From Blastocystis sp. ATCC 50177/Nand II (lineage: Eukaryota), in NCBI GenBank assembly GCA_039096935.1, contig JBBPEE010000035.1:868001-932000 (forward strand): 64,000 nucleotides of DNA, written 5' to 3'. Shown here piece by piece: positions 10,959 to 24,430 of the stretch (positions within the stretch are counted from its first letter, which is position 1; the number at the start of each line of letters is the position of its first letter). The position numbers and the translations under genes were made by a program. The notes under the pieces are model-generated. The model was not told the origin of the DNA and did no database searches. It saw nothing but the letters and a program-made list of their open reading frames with translations.

Positions 10959-13089
10959 CTAGAGTTCACCGTAGCACGTCACTCCCGCCTCGCACACCTC
11001 CACCTTCAACTCGTCTTCATAGGTCAGTTCTTCGCCATCCACGTTCACCGTGTTCTCGCCGGGGTTGCGCAGCACCACCGACTTCGCCTTGATATAGTCC
11101 ATCAGCGGCGACTTCAGATGCGTGCGCGTCACGTACCGGCCCAGCAAGCCCACCGTCTGACAGCAGGTTCCGCTTCGCGCCACAATCAGATCCAAACTGC
11201 CATCACAGCAATGACAGTACTCCCCGTCTGCGCGTCACCGCTTCACCTCACACCCACCGTACGGCGCGTTCACCACAATCCCGATGGTGAGATATTGCAG
11301 GTCCGTCTCCTCCACCGGCTTCTGCACTGTCACCACACGCTCCGTGTGGTTCTCTCTGCCCATCACACCCTCCCTCGTCATTCACTCCACCACACGCTTC
11401 CGACGCCCGCAGCACCCCTCCTCCTCCTGTGTGATCTCGAACAGGTCGTCACTGATCCACTCACGGTTGCTCACCAGCTGGCACCAACGCGGGTACTCGC
11501 ACGAGCACGCGGCGGAGAATCCCGCGGGACTATTCCTCATCCCCCACACCTTTGCTCACAGCACTAAAGAGTCCAAAGAATCGCTGTCGGAGTCGGAGCT
11601 GTCTTCGGGGTGGATCATCTTGTCCTCGTCCTGATCTGAGTCTCACACGACACGTACACTCAAACTGTTGGGGGCGTGGGGGCACTTCAGCGGCTTGTAG
11701 AAGTAGTTGTGGTGGCCGTCGATACACACGGGGCAATTCGCTCTGACATAAATCGGCCCGATTTCGCTCACTTGGTCCGACTGCATTTATGCATCTGGTA
11801 ATGCTGAATGCGATCGCTCACGGGCGTGTACTCCAAATCCGTCACGTGCTTCTGTCTCTTGAACACGCCCCATTTTAACTGAGCGTCACATCATGGCATC
11901 ATCATCACCTTCAACAGCGGATATCGCATGCAGCCGTACACGCGGTAGGATTCGTAATCCTTCACCATGTCTCCGCCGATTCCCGCCACGACGCCGCACA
12001 AGGAGTACTGAATCGGCATGTTCTTCGGACTCACTCGCAGCACGTCCAGCGCCTTCACCTTATGCTGCCCCTCACACGCTCCCTTCACTCCCACCTTGAT
12101 GATACAATACGCGGCCGTTTCGTAACAAGTTGTCCCAATTCCGCCCGAAATCTGGTTTTGGGTTCCCGCGGACACGTGGCAAATGGGCGTGTTGTAGATC
12201 GCGTAGCAGCTGTCAACGCTGAAAATCAGGCCGATTTCGGGCATTTACCGTTGCATCAAGCCGTTGACGAACTCGTTCACCAATCCGTCGCCAGACACCA
12301 GCAAAACGCCCTCGTACTTGTCAGGTTCGTGTGTGATGGCCATGTCCTTGGCGTTGGCTGCGAGTAACAAGGACGAGACTCAACGACCATAGTACTTGGT
12401 GATTTCCAGATCGCACTGAATGCCGGCGAGCTGGAGAAGAGGCAGGATGCGGGTGTTGAACACCTGCTGCGCGTCGCCCTTTCCGCCGTGGGGGTTTACG
12501 ATCACGCGAACGCGCTTCACACGCGTATCATCCTCTACCATGAACAGAGCGAGCAACCGCAACTGAATTCGACGATGGGGCCTCGCTCCGAGCGCTCGGT
12601 GTAGCGACCGTTCTCGATCGCCGTGTTCACGATGTTGAACCACTCGGAAGCCTGCTCCCCTACTCTTCAGCGCGGCCACACAACCGTACGCGTGGCAAAC
12701 ACAATCTTGGACTTCTTCCAGTACCGCTCTCGATAGCCTGAATGATCACTCCCTCGAAAGCGGCTCTACCCTTTCCGATTCGCGGCAGAGAGTGGATAAT
12801 AATCTCCTTCGGCTTGGCCGAGGCAACCGCGATCATATCATCAACGAGGAGTCTATGAGTGAATCCATCCTTCAAATCCTTACACATGCTTGTTGTAGAC
12901 GAGCTTCACGCCGTCGAAAGTGATCTTCATCTGCCTGTTATCAACTTCGTTCAATCCAACCTTCTTTCCCTTCACATCCTCCTCCAAATCCTTCGGATCG
13001 ACTGGGATGTTCGGATTCTTCTTCTTCTTCGACTCGTACATGACTGCGTCGATGCTGTAGAACGGGTCCTCCACTAGATTCTCTGACAT
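10959..13089 (-). CDS. SPHK: Sphingosine kinase / DAGK-family lipid kinase
   Basis: VIVNPHGGKG, VSGDGLVNEFVNG, ISAGTQN-like segment, C-terminal VNVDGE. Confidence 0.85.
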
Positions 13090-13151
13090 GCTCTTATTGC
13101 GTTGACACACGGGAAGGAAAGGACGTGCAGTAGCGAAAACAACAAACACAA

Positions 13152-14452
13152 TTAATGACGTAGCACATAGTGTTTCCACGTTTTGTCTCCCTCGTTCACC
13201 GTCACCTCTCTGCAATACTTCAACAACAAATCGCCAGGCCTTCCAAAGCCCGCCTCCTCCAAATCTCTATCATTCACTTTCCCTCCATTGCCTACGCAAT
13301 GTACGGAACAAGCTCTTCCTGCGTCCACTCTGATTCGATGGAGAACAGCTCCTCAAACCGCTCCTTCGGATCTAGCCGCAGCTTGTCTGTGTCGATGAAA
13401 TGGAACCCCTTCTGGGCTCCGATGACCTCGTGGATGGCAACGCCCTTCAAATAAGCAGTGTCTGTCGAAATGTCGAAATCGTAGTCTAGTGTGAAACCAG
13501 CGCATTCCAATCACCCGAGGGAAGGTGGAGGGCTATTGTATTCTGCAGATCCTCCTCGGACAGCCATTCCGTCGCCTCTATCCATCAGCCCGCCAAACGA
13601 AGAAAACGGCTCTGACAGAGAAAAGCCGCTCTAGCCAGCGCGTAGACAAGCGTCGCTCTGGAAATGGAGAGGTTGGAATCCGCGGTGGGTTGGGAAGGGT
13701 CGTTCAAGAATCGAACGAGGTGCCTCTAGAATGAACGAGAGAGAGAAGCACAACCGCGAAAATCGCAGGAATCTGAAGATCCGACTGCAACACCTCCTCC
13801 ATGGAGAAGGAGGAGAGGGAAATGTGGTGGAGAATGCAGTGATCGATGAACTCGAGAAGGGTCGAGTAGAAGACATAGCTTGACACTTTGTAAAATCGAT
13901 TTGGCACAACGCTGTCATCGCGAATGATGTAGCGACACTTGGTCAACGCCTTTTCAATGTCGGCAGCAGAGAAGAGACAGTGCTTCTCCAATTCCTCTAC
14001 GGTGACTGTAGGACTCTACCGTTCATAGATGAATGCAAAACTACGTTGGATCCATTCATCTCACTCAAATCGGGAATAAACGAAAGGAGGGATTTGGCAT
14101 CCACTGGATTATTCAGCAGCTATAATAAATCAGAAAATAAGTGCCCCACTTCAAAATAGGAACCGCACACGCCCTTCGCCACAAGTCTCCCACTATCCTC
14201 CTTTACACACAGCAACACCGTGTTTGACGTCTCAATCTTCTCCAGTTTGAAGGCCTCTTCGGAAGTCGTCAACACGCACGATCCCGCCTCTTCTCCTTTT
14301 ATGTACAGTCTAATCAAGTGAAAGAAACACTGCATCCCGTACGGCATCCCCTTTTCAATTCTGTCGGCAATGTCGCCGCTCACTTCAAACATACGATACT
14401 TGGAAGCAGAGTAGGCGCTGTCGAAGGATATTCTCGATGAATCATCCGCCAT
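13152..14452 (-). CDS. DSCC1: Sister chromatid cohesion protein DCC1
   Basis: YIKGEEAGSCVLTTSEEAFKLEKIETSNTVLL and LDPKERFEELFSIESEWTQEELVPYI..LLLKY match the remembered DCC1 N- and C-terminal motifs. Confidence 0.8.
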
Positions 14453-14546
14453 GGGAGCAAACAGTGAACCCGTCTCCAGAGGGAGCAGAACCCTCTTCTT
14501 ATTACAAAGTTCAACGGAGGCGTGACGATCATTATCATTCTCGACA

Positions 14547-15871
14547 ATGGTTCCTGCCTTCCTCTTTCTCTTCCTCTTTGTCTCCATTATCCCTCTTCGT
14601 TCAATTTCTGCATCCAGCAAGGCATCGGAGGAACTGAGGTCATTACCTATCCGTAAAGCCGTGAGCAGCGCCTACTTCGACGCACTCCAAATGCAGAATA
14701 GCACAGTCCAGAAGAACAGCACACTGATTACCACCGGAGAAGGCAAACAAACGGCGCGACCGACTTCACCGGTAAAGAGTCCGCCTAAGCCGGTGGTACC
14801 TGTGAAGTGTCCTCCCAGGCTCATCTACCCATCCTTCAAGACTGATCGGCGCTGCATGAATAAGTCCTTGTATGCATGTTTGTCCGGTGTAACAAATAGA
14901 ACGGTGTGGCCAGTTCGGGTCCTATCGTCTTTCACCGCCCCTATTCTCTCTCCCGTTAACACCACGGGTATCGTGTTCTATGTGTATAGCAGTGACAGAT
15001 GCGCGCGCGGAAGCCTCTATATGGATCAGTTGCGTACCAATCTCATTTCCATCTTGGACAAGGATCCAAATGTATGTCTGCTTCTTGCATTCAATCCTAG
15101 GCTAACACTGCCCTCGTGACCAACTGTAACGTTCCCTACTCCGTTGCCCAGTTTCTTACCGTCATTGTTCCCATTTCTCTTCGTGACGTTCCGAAGCAGG
15201 TCAATTTCCGCTGGCAGACTCGGGTGTTGTACAATGCGTACCTCCCCTTCCACTACAACTTCATTCTCGATACACACGTGTTCCCCTGTCACAACGACTC
15301 CTATTCCAAGCTCTTTTCCCTATTCATGAAATCGGGCGTTGATGTATCCGCCTCGAATCGCGAGGGTGACCGCCTATTCGTTTCTGGCGGCGGTGTGCTG
15401 TCGAAGTGGGGGCCCAAGAGCCATGCCTTCTGGAAGAAGGCGTACAAGCTCATGGATTCCAGACCCATCGATGATCAGTCCGCCATCTACTCCGTGGTCA
15501 AGTTCACCAAGAGGCCTGTCTGGAAGTATCGTTGGCTGAGTAGCAATTGGTTTTGGGCCTCCCACGGCATTAATGAGAAGGGCCTGTTCGTTGGGTCCGC
15601 AAAGTGCTACCGTAGTTCCGTCATCGCTACGGGGCCTATCAAGTGGATCCACGGCGCGCCTACCCACTGTATCATCATGAATGGGAAGAATGACGAGTAT
15701 GTGCACCGGAAGAGGGTGTTTTTCCTGCGACGACTGTGCAACACTTCGTCTAGTGGTCCCAACGCCGTTTTTTCAAAGAAGCGATTGGAGATGATGGCCG
15801 CTCCCTTCCGGGCCACTCACCTCGATTGGAGTGTGAAGCACAGTTCCAGTTCTCTCTTTTGGTACTTGTAA
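14547..15871 (+). CDS. Signal-anchored GT-A-like (nucleotide-diphospho-sugar transferase-like) protein
   Basis: Hydrophobic N-terminus, Pro/Thr stem, FILDTHVFPC (DxH in place of DxD) and DDQSAI motif. TAA at 15871, TGTTTGTT at 15879. Confidence 0.55.
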
Positions 15872-15976
15872 TCTTCTCTGTTTGTTTGCAGCGCACATTT
15901 CTCTTTTTCTTCCGCATGAAAGGCAATGACTATGCAGCAGAATGCAATTCTTAACCGTTGCAGCAACAAACACTCC

Positions 15977-17441
15977 ACTTCGTTAGGCTTAACGCGGTAA
16001 TCAAGATAAGAAGGAAAAGGAGCCAGAGGAAGACAGTGTACTGCGTGTCGCTGCACGGCTTCTTCGAATCGGCTTCATCGGGGAGCATCAGGAGTTTAGT
16101 TTCTTTTGTCCGTATCATGTCAATCCATCGTGTGCAAACGTGCTGGGACTGGGCGGAAATGAAGGAGCGCACCTAGGCGTCACTTTCCCCTCCAAGGCAA
16201 ACTGTGGCGAGAGCAATGCCTTGCATGCCCTCTATGTTGTATGAGATGCGGATGCGCACGCTGTCGGCTTGTGCCTTCTCGATGATCCAGTGATTCATTA
16301 GCCGAAGGGTTCCATAAATGGGAATGTTGGAAACAGTGTGTTGAATGGTTATCACGATCATTTGGGCTCTTTCATGGTGGACCATGCATTGATGCTGCCG
16401 AATCACGCCTATGGATGATCGGAAGCCGGAGGAGCAACAGGGCACCTGCTTCTTGAAGAGGGAATACACGTGCTGGAACTGGACCTCCCTCCTCTTCTCC
16501 GGACAGCACTTCCCCTCCTTCTGCTGCCATCTGCCCACCTGAATGCCGAAGTCACCTCCGCTCTCCAGAAGGGAGTGATAGAAGCGTGTCGACTCGATGT
16601 ACCGTGTGAGGAGTCGTTCCAACCTATTGTTTGTTTGAAAGAGAGTGCAGTACGGGATGGGCAGCACTGTATCCAACACGGGGCTGTAGGAGTCAAACAG
16701 AGCGAGCTGGTTCTTCAGAACGGTGGAGCATGCTTCCCTGCTTTCACTCTCCGCTTTCCGAGGATCCCACAGCGTGCGCAGCAGTCGCACCATCCTGTCA
16801 CAGCGTTTGACATGGAAGATGTGGTAGTCTCTGCTACTACTGCAGAGCAGAATCGTGTCCGGACCGGCTTTCTGGATACATCGAACCGTTGACAGGGAAA
16901 GAATCCACTTCACTCCCTTGCTGCCGTGGTAGGCGAGGTGGGTGTCCGTGACTTCAAGACTGCCTCGGCTTCGGCCAAACGAGCACCGGAAGCGGAGCAG
17001 GATGGTTTCAAGACAAGGCAAGCCAAACCGCTTTTGGAACTGGGTGTCGTAAAAGGAGTAGTCGCTCTGCGCTGTCATCGCTTCTGCGTTCTACTCTCAA
17101 TTCCTCCCACAGAAGCCACGTCCACAGCGAGCCATTCCGAAGGGTTCGCTGCCGTCGAGTACCGTCGTTGCTTCATGCGCGTCGTTAGCTCGATGTACTT
17201 CATGCGCATCAACGACGTGTCCGTCGTCTAGGCATCAGCACCACTCCGGGAAATGCACTCTTTTCATCACACGCTTCACCTGACTCAATCGGCCCTTCAG
17301 CTGCTGCAGCGAGAAGGATCGCTTTGGAGGAGAGGGCGGTTCTTCGGGAGGAAGGTCCCTCGGAAGCAGAATGGGCTCCCGATTCGTTACGCAGAGAATG
17401 GTTTCGTCCTCGTGTGGAGACGCATCACAGCTGGGAATCAT
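15977..17441 (-). CDS. GRAM + VASt (StART-like) domain, tail-anchored lipid transfer protein; stop completed by poly(A); start uncertain
   Basis: FQKRFGLP..FRCS..GSLEVTDTHLAYHG (GRAM), TVSNIPIYGTLRLMNHWII (VASt) and a C-terminal TM. Ends LSLTK-T(15977) GGAG TGTTTGTT. Confidence 0.75.
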
Positions 17442-17748
17442 TTGCCAAACGGATCAGTAGATCACGCCGTTCAAGCACATGGGATACACCTCGTTGAAAC
17501 GGCTCTCTATATCCCTCCATCCATTCACTGATGAAGAAGCATTGCCGTTTTTATTCTGTCATTCCGCTGTCTGTTCCATGCCCTATCGTTTGCAACAAGA
17601 ATCCCTCCGTTTGTCATCATGCACATTCGCGAAGACATTGAGGTGAGGCGTTGTTATTGTGTATACTACCCATTTCTACACGCGATATTGTGCAAAAAGG
17701 AGACAATCCCACATTTCGACTGTCTTTGGAGGAATCGTTTCATTTCCT

Positions 17749-19075
17749 ATGGAATTGCTACAAACGCCTCCTTGGACGCAGGGTGGCACGCTCGATAGCA
17801 GTAGTCTCGTACTAAGCCCGGATGCCCTCGAACTCGTGTCGAAAAACGCACATTCGGTACTACGAGAGGTGCTATATGTGAACGGTGAATGTATCGCTTT
17901 CATCCACAGGCTTCCCTTCAAATTCAAAAGAAGAGTCGTCGCAAAGTGCTATCCTGCTCCGATATTGTTTATGGTTTCAACGCATGCGGATTTGCCGTAG
18001 TGACTCCCGTTTTGGTGAAGTGCTTAGGGCGGTCTTCCGTTCCCAACGGGAATTCTCAGGGAGTCTCCGCTATCTGGAGCACTCACTCTGCAGCCTGTTG
18101 AAATCGAGAATAGCACGATTGTCGATCTTCAGTCAGAGTTCAACGTGTTCCCGACCTTTTCTCCAATCAAGAAGTACACAATTTCGTTCGAGCGAGTGGA
18201 GAAACTGCACGACTCCCTCTCGCCTATTGATACAGGAATACACATCAAGATGGAAGAGGACGATTTACTGAACCAAATGAAGGCAATCTACACAAGTGAT
18301 CAGCAGCAGAACATGGATTACCTGATTCACTGCCTTCGTACAAAATCGGCACTGGGACCTGCTCTCTTTGACATCCTTCGTTTCCTCTCCAGCGAAGTAC
18401 TATCAGTTTTGAAGGAGAAGCCAGATTCGATGTCTCTCTTCCTTTTTCGGCTCATCCAGTGTGTGGATGCAGTGATGCACAATGAGGAGTACTCCAACGA
18501 GACGCTCGTTCCTCTTCTCTCCTGTTTTCATTCCTAGGGGTCCATTTGCCTGCCTGCCTTGTTTTCCATCCTCTTCTCAGAAACGGTTTCCCCGAATGAC
18601 TCGGAGAAGGAGTGGAGTCTGAGGAGCATGGCAGCTGAGTGTATATACAACCTGAGCAGAAGGTACTGAGTAGATATAACGAATCACGCGTAGGTTTTCA
18701 GTAACGAACAAAGCGATGGAGGGGAGTATCCTGAACACCTTCCGAGAACAGTGGAAGCGTCCTTTCCGGCATGCGGGACAAGTGTACAGTTGCTTTCACT
18801 GTCTCTCCTTGTGCGATGTGTGACTGCTAGGGCTGCGCCTAACGGGCTGGGGTTTCCTTCTCTCCATTCTCGACTCTGGGTTTATTCCCCGATTGGCCAA
18901 GGAGAGCGATGGGTGGAGGTATCTTTCGAATCCCATTTTACACAGGGAGTTGCGGGTACCTTCTCTGCTTGCCTGTGACGAATAGTCCTTCTTCCTCGCC
19001 ATGAATCTGGAAGAGAAACGACCAGAGCTCACTCAAACGCAGTTTGGTTTTTTGTGTGATATACGATCTTTTTGA
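17749..19075 (+). CDS. TAF6: TAF6-like TFIID/SAGA subunit (histone fold + HEAT domain)
   Basis: LSPDALELVSKNAHSVLREVL (histone fold), LRTKSALGPALFDILRFLSSEV and EWSLRSMAAECIYNL (TAF6C-like). Start approximate. Confidence 0.65.
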
Positions 19076-19117
19076 TGCAGTGATCTGTTTGTTTGGAAGT
19101 CACTAATCGAGATCATC

Positions 19118-19742
19118 ATGAAGAAAGAGAGTAAGCAGCACACCTCCCTCCCCACCGTCAGCATTCTTGTCGGACGCTGCTGGCTGGGGAAGTATTCTCG
19201 GACATACAGGGCCCTCGAGGCGCACGTTCATGACAAATACACCTCCAAAGTGGAAATCGTGAGTCGAATGAAGAAGCAGAGTCCGCTCGTGAAGGTGGTG
19301 TCGGAACACGGTTTTCACGCGTAGGGCATTAGTCTCACTTCCCTCTTCCTTTCCTGCATTCTCTTCATCATCCTGATGTTTTCAAAGCCGGTATTCGCGT
19401 AAGGAAGTGTCAATCACAGGTCCTCGATTACACCGGCTATTCGTACATCCAGGAGTACATCGACTCGATTCGTTTATACATTTACGGAATTGCCGTGATG
19501 CTCTACGCGATTTCCTCGCTCATCACCATAACCAACGTGTTCATTGTGTTTGTGAACGGTGATGATGAAAAAGGACAATGATCGGTAGGAAAGGTGGTTT
19601 ACAGCAAGACACCGAAACAGAGCCTCGCTTCTACGAAGGTGTCTCCTCTGCTTCTTGTTGACCTGTAGGACATCATCGACACGCTAGACTACTACATGAA
19701 GAAGAACATCCCCGATTATGATAAGTATGTGAAGAGTGCGTA
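19118..19742 (+). CDS. Selenoprotein-T-like membrane protein lacking CxxU; stop completed by poly(A)
   Basis: Five exons give ..ILVGRCWLGKYSRTYRAL..VHDKY.., two hydrophobic segments, then TNVFIVFVNGKVVYSK..DIIDTLD, which is the SelT layout. Ends VKSA-TA(19741-2) CTGT TGTTTGTT. Confidence 0.5.
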
Positions 19743-19771
19743 CTGTTGTTTGTTGCAAACACGGAAAAGGA

Positions 19772-22700
19772 CTAAACAGATACCGATGACTTCACCTTCG
19801 CCAGCACATCTTCAGGCACATCGACTCCCTTCGTGATGTAACCCCACATCAACGACAACGCCACGGCACAACGCGGCGCAACCCACGCCAAGAGCTCCGT
19901 CTTCAAGAAGAGTGGATTCTTCTTCCATGCCAAAAGAAGTCCCTTCTTCGACACCACACCCTCCTTGCGAAGCGTCGTGATCAGCATCATGCCGCGAACG
20001 GGAATCTGCGCCTTGGTCAGCAGTACGGGCGAAGTCACATACACGCCCTTCAACACCTCCAACTCCTTCACCACTTTTCCCTCCAACAACTCCTTCGCAA
20101 ACCACTTGAACTCGTCGCCCTCCCTGCGGGGATACTCCACTAGGTACGCGGGCAACTCCCACAGATGCGGGCCAAATCGAGGAGTTACATAGCACATAAT
20201 CGCGTCTTTTTTGGGATCGAAGAACGGCTGGGGAGTTTCCAGCGGCGACGAAAAGACGCACTGCTGGGAATCGGCGGATAACCGCGGAAGCCAGGTTTTG
20301 TTGAGAAGCGTAACGCCTCGCAGGAAGATTCTACTCGTGAATGCAAAGAAGGGGGACCACCTTCCATTTTTCTGGACCAAATCCTGATACACGAAATAGT
20401 CCGGATACTTGTCCTACTCCTAAAACGCATCTGCCACTCGTACGAAATCGCTCTGCTTCAGCGGCAGCACGAAACTCTCGCGGTGGATAAAACCGGCGGT
20501 ATTTTCGTTCATGCTGGTCGTCACATACGGGACTTTCCCGCGGGGAATTTCGATGTCACGTGCCTCCGACGGCGTCATCCTTCTCGCCACATGGTCCAGG
20601 AACGATGCTACGATGATCTGACCCTCACATCCCCTCTCCAAAGCTACCTGTCGCAGGAGGGAGTTTTGCGCGGGCGTTGGCGGGGTGATGGGTTTTGCCA
20701 GCAGCGGAGAAAGCGACGCGTCCTGCTGGACCAGAATGCGAATGATTTGACGGCGCAGTTCGGTCATTTCACGCATCGTCTAGAGTCAAGGAATGGCGGA
20801 AATCGGGACCTTTTCGCGGAGGAAGTGCTGAAGGCAGAAGGTGGTGGGCGAGGGCGCGTGGAGATAGGCGCCGAACAGGCGGAGCAGCGACAGGGCGTCG
20901 GAGGAGGCGTCGCGCCACAGCAGCAGGCTCTCACGACACTTGCGCAGTTCTGGTTATGAGAAGAGAACCTCAAGCCTACCCGAATTCTCCTCCTTCTCCT
21001 CTTCTCCCTCTTCCTCTTCCTCTTCCTCTTCTTCCTTCTTTTCCTTTCCTCGCATCATCAACTCCTCAGGCCGTATGATGGGCGACCGGCCCGTCAGCGC
21101 CGCGATCACGCCCACCATCAGGCCCAGAATCTCCTTCTTCTCTCCAGCCAGCACCAGCATCTTCGCGTAGCGCACGCCCACGGGGTATTTCATCATCGCA
21201 CGACCCAGCGTCGAGATCTCCTTGTTCTTGTCCACCGCCCCCAGCGCCACAAGAATTTGAAGTGCCGCCTGGATCGAGCCTTGTTCCGGTAACGTGGGAA
21301 AGGGGAAGGTTTCCACGTTTTTGATCCCCATATCCTTCATGAGAAGAAGCGTGTCCTCCAGCGGCGTTCGGCAGATTTCCGGCGTGTCCCATTGCGGGAA
21401 CTGCTGCTGGAAGACCGCCGCGGAGTACAGGCGGTAGCAGTGCCCGGGCGCCACACGACCGGCACGGCCTTGACGCTGCTCGGCGGAGGCCTGAGAGATC
21501 CATTGGATCTGGGGAGGGTGAGTGGTGTTGTGATTGTGGCTTGTGTTGTGAATGCGGTCATTACAGTCATCACAGTCATCCTGTTTTCACAGTCATCACA
21601 GTCGTTTTCACATCACATCACAGTTATCACAGTCATTTTCACATCACATCACATCACAGTTATCACATCACTCAACAGCATATCACATCACAGTTATCAC
21701 ATCACTCAACAGCATATCATATCACAGTTATCACATCACTCATCACACACTCAAAAGCACATCACATACCTTGTACTCGCAAATGCCCGTCTCCTTCTCC
21801 CACACCTTCTCCTTCGCTCGCCCCGTGTCCACCACGTATTTGATCCCCGGAATGGTAATACTCGTTTCCGCCACGTTCGTCGCCACCACAACCAACCGCT
21901 CGCCCTCAGGCACGGGGTCCCAAATCTGCAGCTGTTTCTTCTCCTCCAGAAGAGAGTACAGCGGCAACACGTGCATCGGCATCGTGTTCTTGTCCACACA
22001 CTCGTAGAATGGGTCGATCGTGCCCGGAACTGTCCCCATTTCTTCCTCTTCCTCCTCCGAGTCTGAAAAGCCCGCCAAACCGTCCACCATCACATCCTCT
22101 TCCCCCGACGCGGTCTTTGGCGGCACGAACACCGTCGGACCCTCCTTCTCCTCCTCCTCCTGTCTCGCCTTCTCCTCCTCCTCCAACTCCTTCTTCTTCT
22201 TCTCCACGACAGCCCGATCAAATCTACTCATCACACACACCCCTCTTTCTCACTTCTCTCTCAATCGCTTGCACAGCGTCTCAATCTCCTGTTGGCCCGT
22301 CAAAAACACCAGCACGCCTCCCTCGGGAAGTCTCTTGTGGATTTGTACCACTTTCTTGTACGCCGCGCCCACGTAATCCTCCATCTCCGTCTTCTTCGCG
22401 AAGTGAACGCCCACCGGATACTGTCTGGCGTGCACGTGAATAATGGGGGGCGATGGGGTGAACAAGATCGGGTTTTGGAAGTCGGTCACCTTGAGGGTGG
22501 CAGACATAATCACGAGTTTCAGCGAGGAAACTACTTTTCCCTCCTCTTTCAGCTTCTTGCGTAAGGGGATAATTCGCGAGAGAAGACCCAGAAGCAAATC
22601 CGTGTTGAGATTGCGTTCGTGTGCTTCGTCCAGCATCACGACGGAATACTGACGAAGCAGAAAGTCAGATTGGATCTATCCTCAACTCTTCCACACACTC

Positions 22701-24083
22701 TCACTTCCTTCAGCAGAATGCCGTCCGTCATGAACTTCACTTTGCAGTTCTTGCCCACGGTGTGCGAGTCATAACGGATTTGATAGCCCACCTCTCCCTC
22801 GCGTCCACAGGGCGTGTTGAGTTCCTCCGCCACACGGCGCGCCATGGAGACGGCAGCTACGCGACGGGGTTGTGTGATGCCGATCAGACCGGGGTGACCG
22901 CTCTCGGCACGGCCGTAGCCCGCCTCGAAGAGGAACTGGGGGATCTGCGAAGCGTGAGAGAGTTGCCATCACCATATTTTGTGGTTATCACTGTTTTCAC
23001 ATCACATAACAGTTATCACTGTTTTCACATCACATCACTCATCACATCACACTCACATCACTCATCACATCACACTCACATCACTCATCACATCACACTC
23101 ACATCACTCATCACATCACTCATCACACACCACACAAAAAGCACACCACTCACCTGCGTCGTCTTGCCCGAGCCCGTCTCACCACACACAATCACCACGT
23201 CATGGTAGTTGATCGCCTCCATGATCTCCTGCTCCATCGCGCACACCGGCAGCTTCGACCGCTGCTCCTCGATCTCCGCACTTCTTTTGACACTCACAAA
23301 ATACGCCCGTTTTTTGAGCTCCTCGGGAACCGCCGTGGACAAATCCTCGCGGATTCTCTTCATGTCCTCGATGGAATCGTCGTTAAGACGGAGCATCAGT
23401 CCGGGAGGGGCATTGCTCGTCACTTCCTTCACCTCTTCAACGTAGGTGGGACCCGCGGGAGAATCGCTCTCATCATCAATCGCGACCGCCAGCTCCATCT
23501 CCATCGCCTCATGCTTCTCGTCCTGCTCAGGTTCATTCGCAGCGTCAACAAGGAAGGGCTTTCCCTCCTCCGAAGAATCAGAGTCGCTTTGCTCATTCTC
23601 CACCGGCGCCGTATCAACCGCAACGTGAAGCGTATTCTTCTCGTTTTCATTCAACTCCAGTCCCAGTGTCTCCTTGTAGAACGCCTGCTTCACAATGTCG
23701 CGCTTGGTCTCCTTCTTTCCCAGCTTGCCGCTGGACTTGAACACGGAAAGCTTATCCGCACTCAGCTGCTTCTGCTGAATCTCCACCATCAGTGTGTCAT
23801 GTTCCAGCTTTCTTCTCTTCTTCAACTATTTGTAACTACCGGAAATGAGCAAGCTTACAGCAATTTCCTCCAGCTTTCTCGCCCGTTTGCCCTTCTTTTC
23901 CATCTTGAGCTTTCTCTTCTCCTCCTTTAGTCGCTGTCTCTTCTTCTCCTCCTTTGACAGTTTCGTATCCTCCAGCACAATGTCGGTTGCATCTCCCAGC
24001 GCGCTTTTCAGCTCCTCCGATAACTCCACCTTCGGAGTCTGCTGCTTCTTCTTGCTTCCCTTCTTCTTGCTCTTGGCGTTCAT
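19772..24083 (-). CDS. DHX37: DEAH-box RNA helicase DHX37/Dhr1
   Basis: [94 protein letters not shown] and IIPLRKK fit Dhr1. Confidence 0.9.
21509..21769 (-). repeat. 261-nt DHX37 intron filled with (TGATG/TGTGA/ACTG) satellite
   Basis: AAG|GTATGT...CCCCAG|ATC restores [13 protein letters not shown]. Confidence 0.85.
22945..23153 (-). repeat. 209-nt DHX37 intron filled with (GTGATGA/GTGATGT) satellite
   Basis: CAG|GTGAGT...TCGCAG|ATC restores [14 protein letters not shown]. Confidence 0.85.
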
Positions 24084-24430
24084 ATCCTCAAGGAGTTGTG
24101 CAGGGAATAGGAATATGCACTATTAGCACACGATGCCAGTTTTAGGGAGTTTTTTCCCTTGATTGGGAAGCAGATTATCTACTCAAGAACGTGTTTTCCT
24201 TAAGATCAATACAGGTTTTCAATCCTTTCTTTCAATTATCTATTCGTCTATACTGTTACATTCGGTATATTCACTGTGATTGGCAGTGTTGTGTTTCAAC
24301 TGCGTTCCACTCATTAAGCGTTGCTCCTGCTATTGGAAATAGTGTATATGTGTTGCCTATAAGGAAATGAACACCAATCGGACCTTTCCAAATCAAACCA
24401 CATTTCTCCTTCATTTGAGATAGCCAGCTT

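Noticed and set aside
14424..14431. ATATCCTT on the minus strand in DCC1 (U12 donor look-alike)
   Set aside because: No branch motif follows and the frame is open (SRISFD).
21509..23153. Repeat tracts as CRISPR arrays or telomeric repeats
   Set aside because: There are no unique spacers or cas genes, the context is eukaryotic, and the tracts lie exactly within GT-AG introns.
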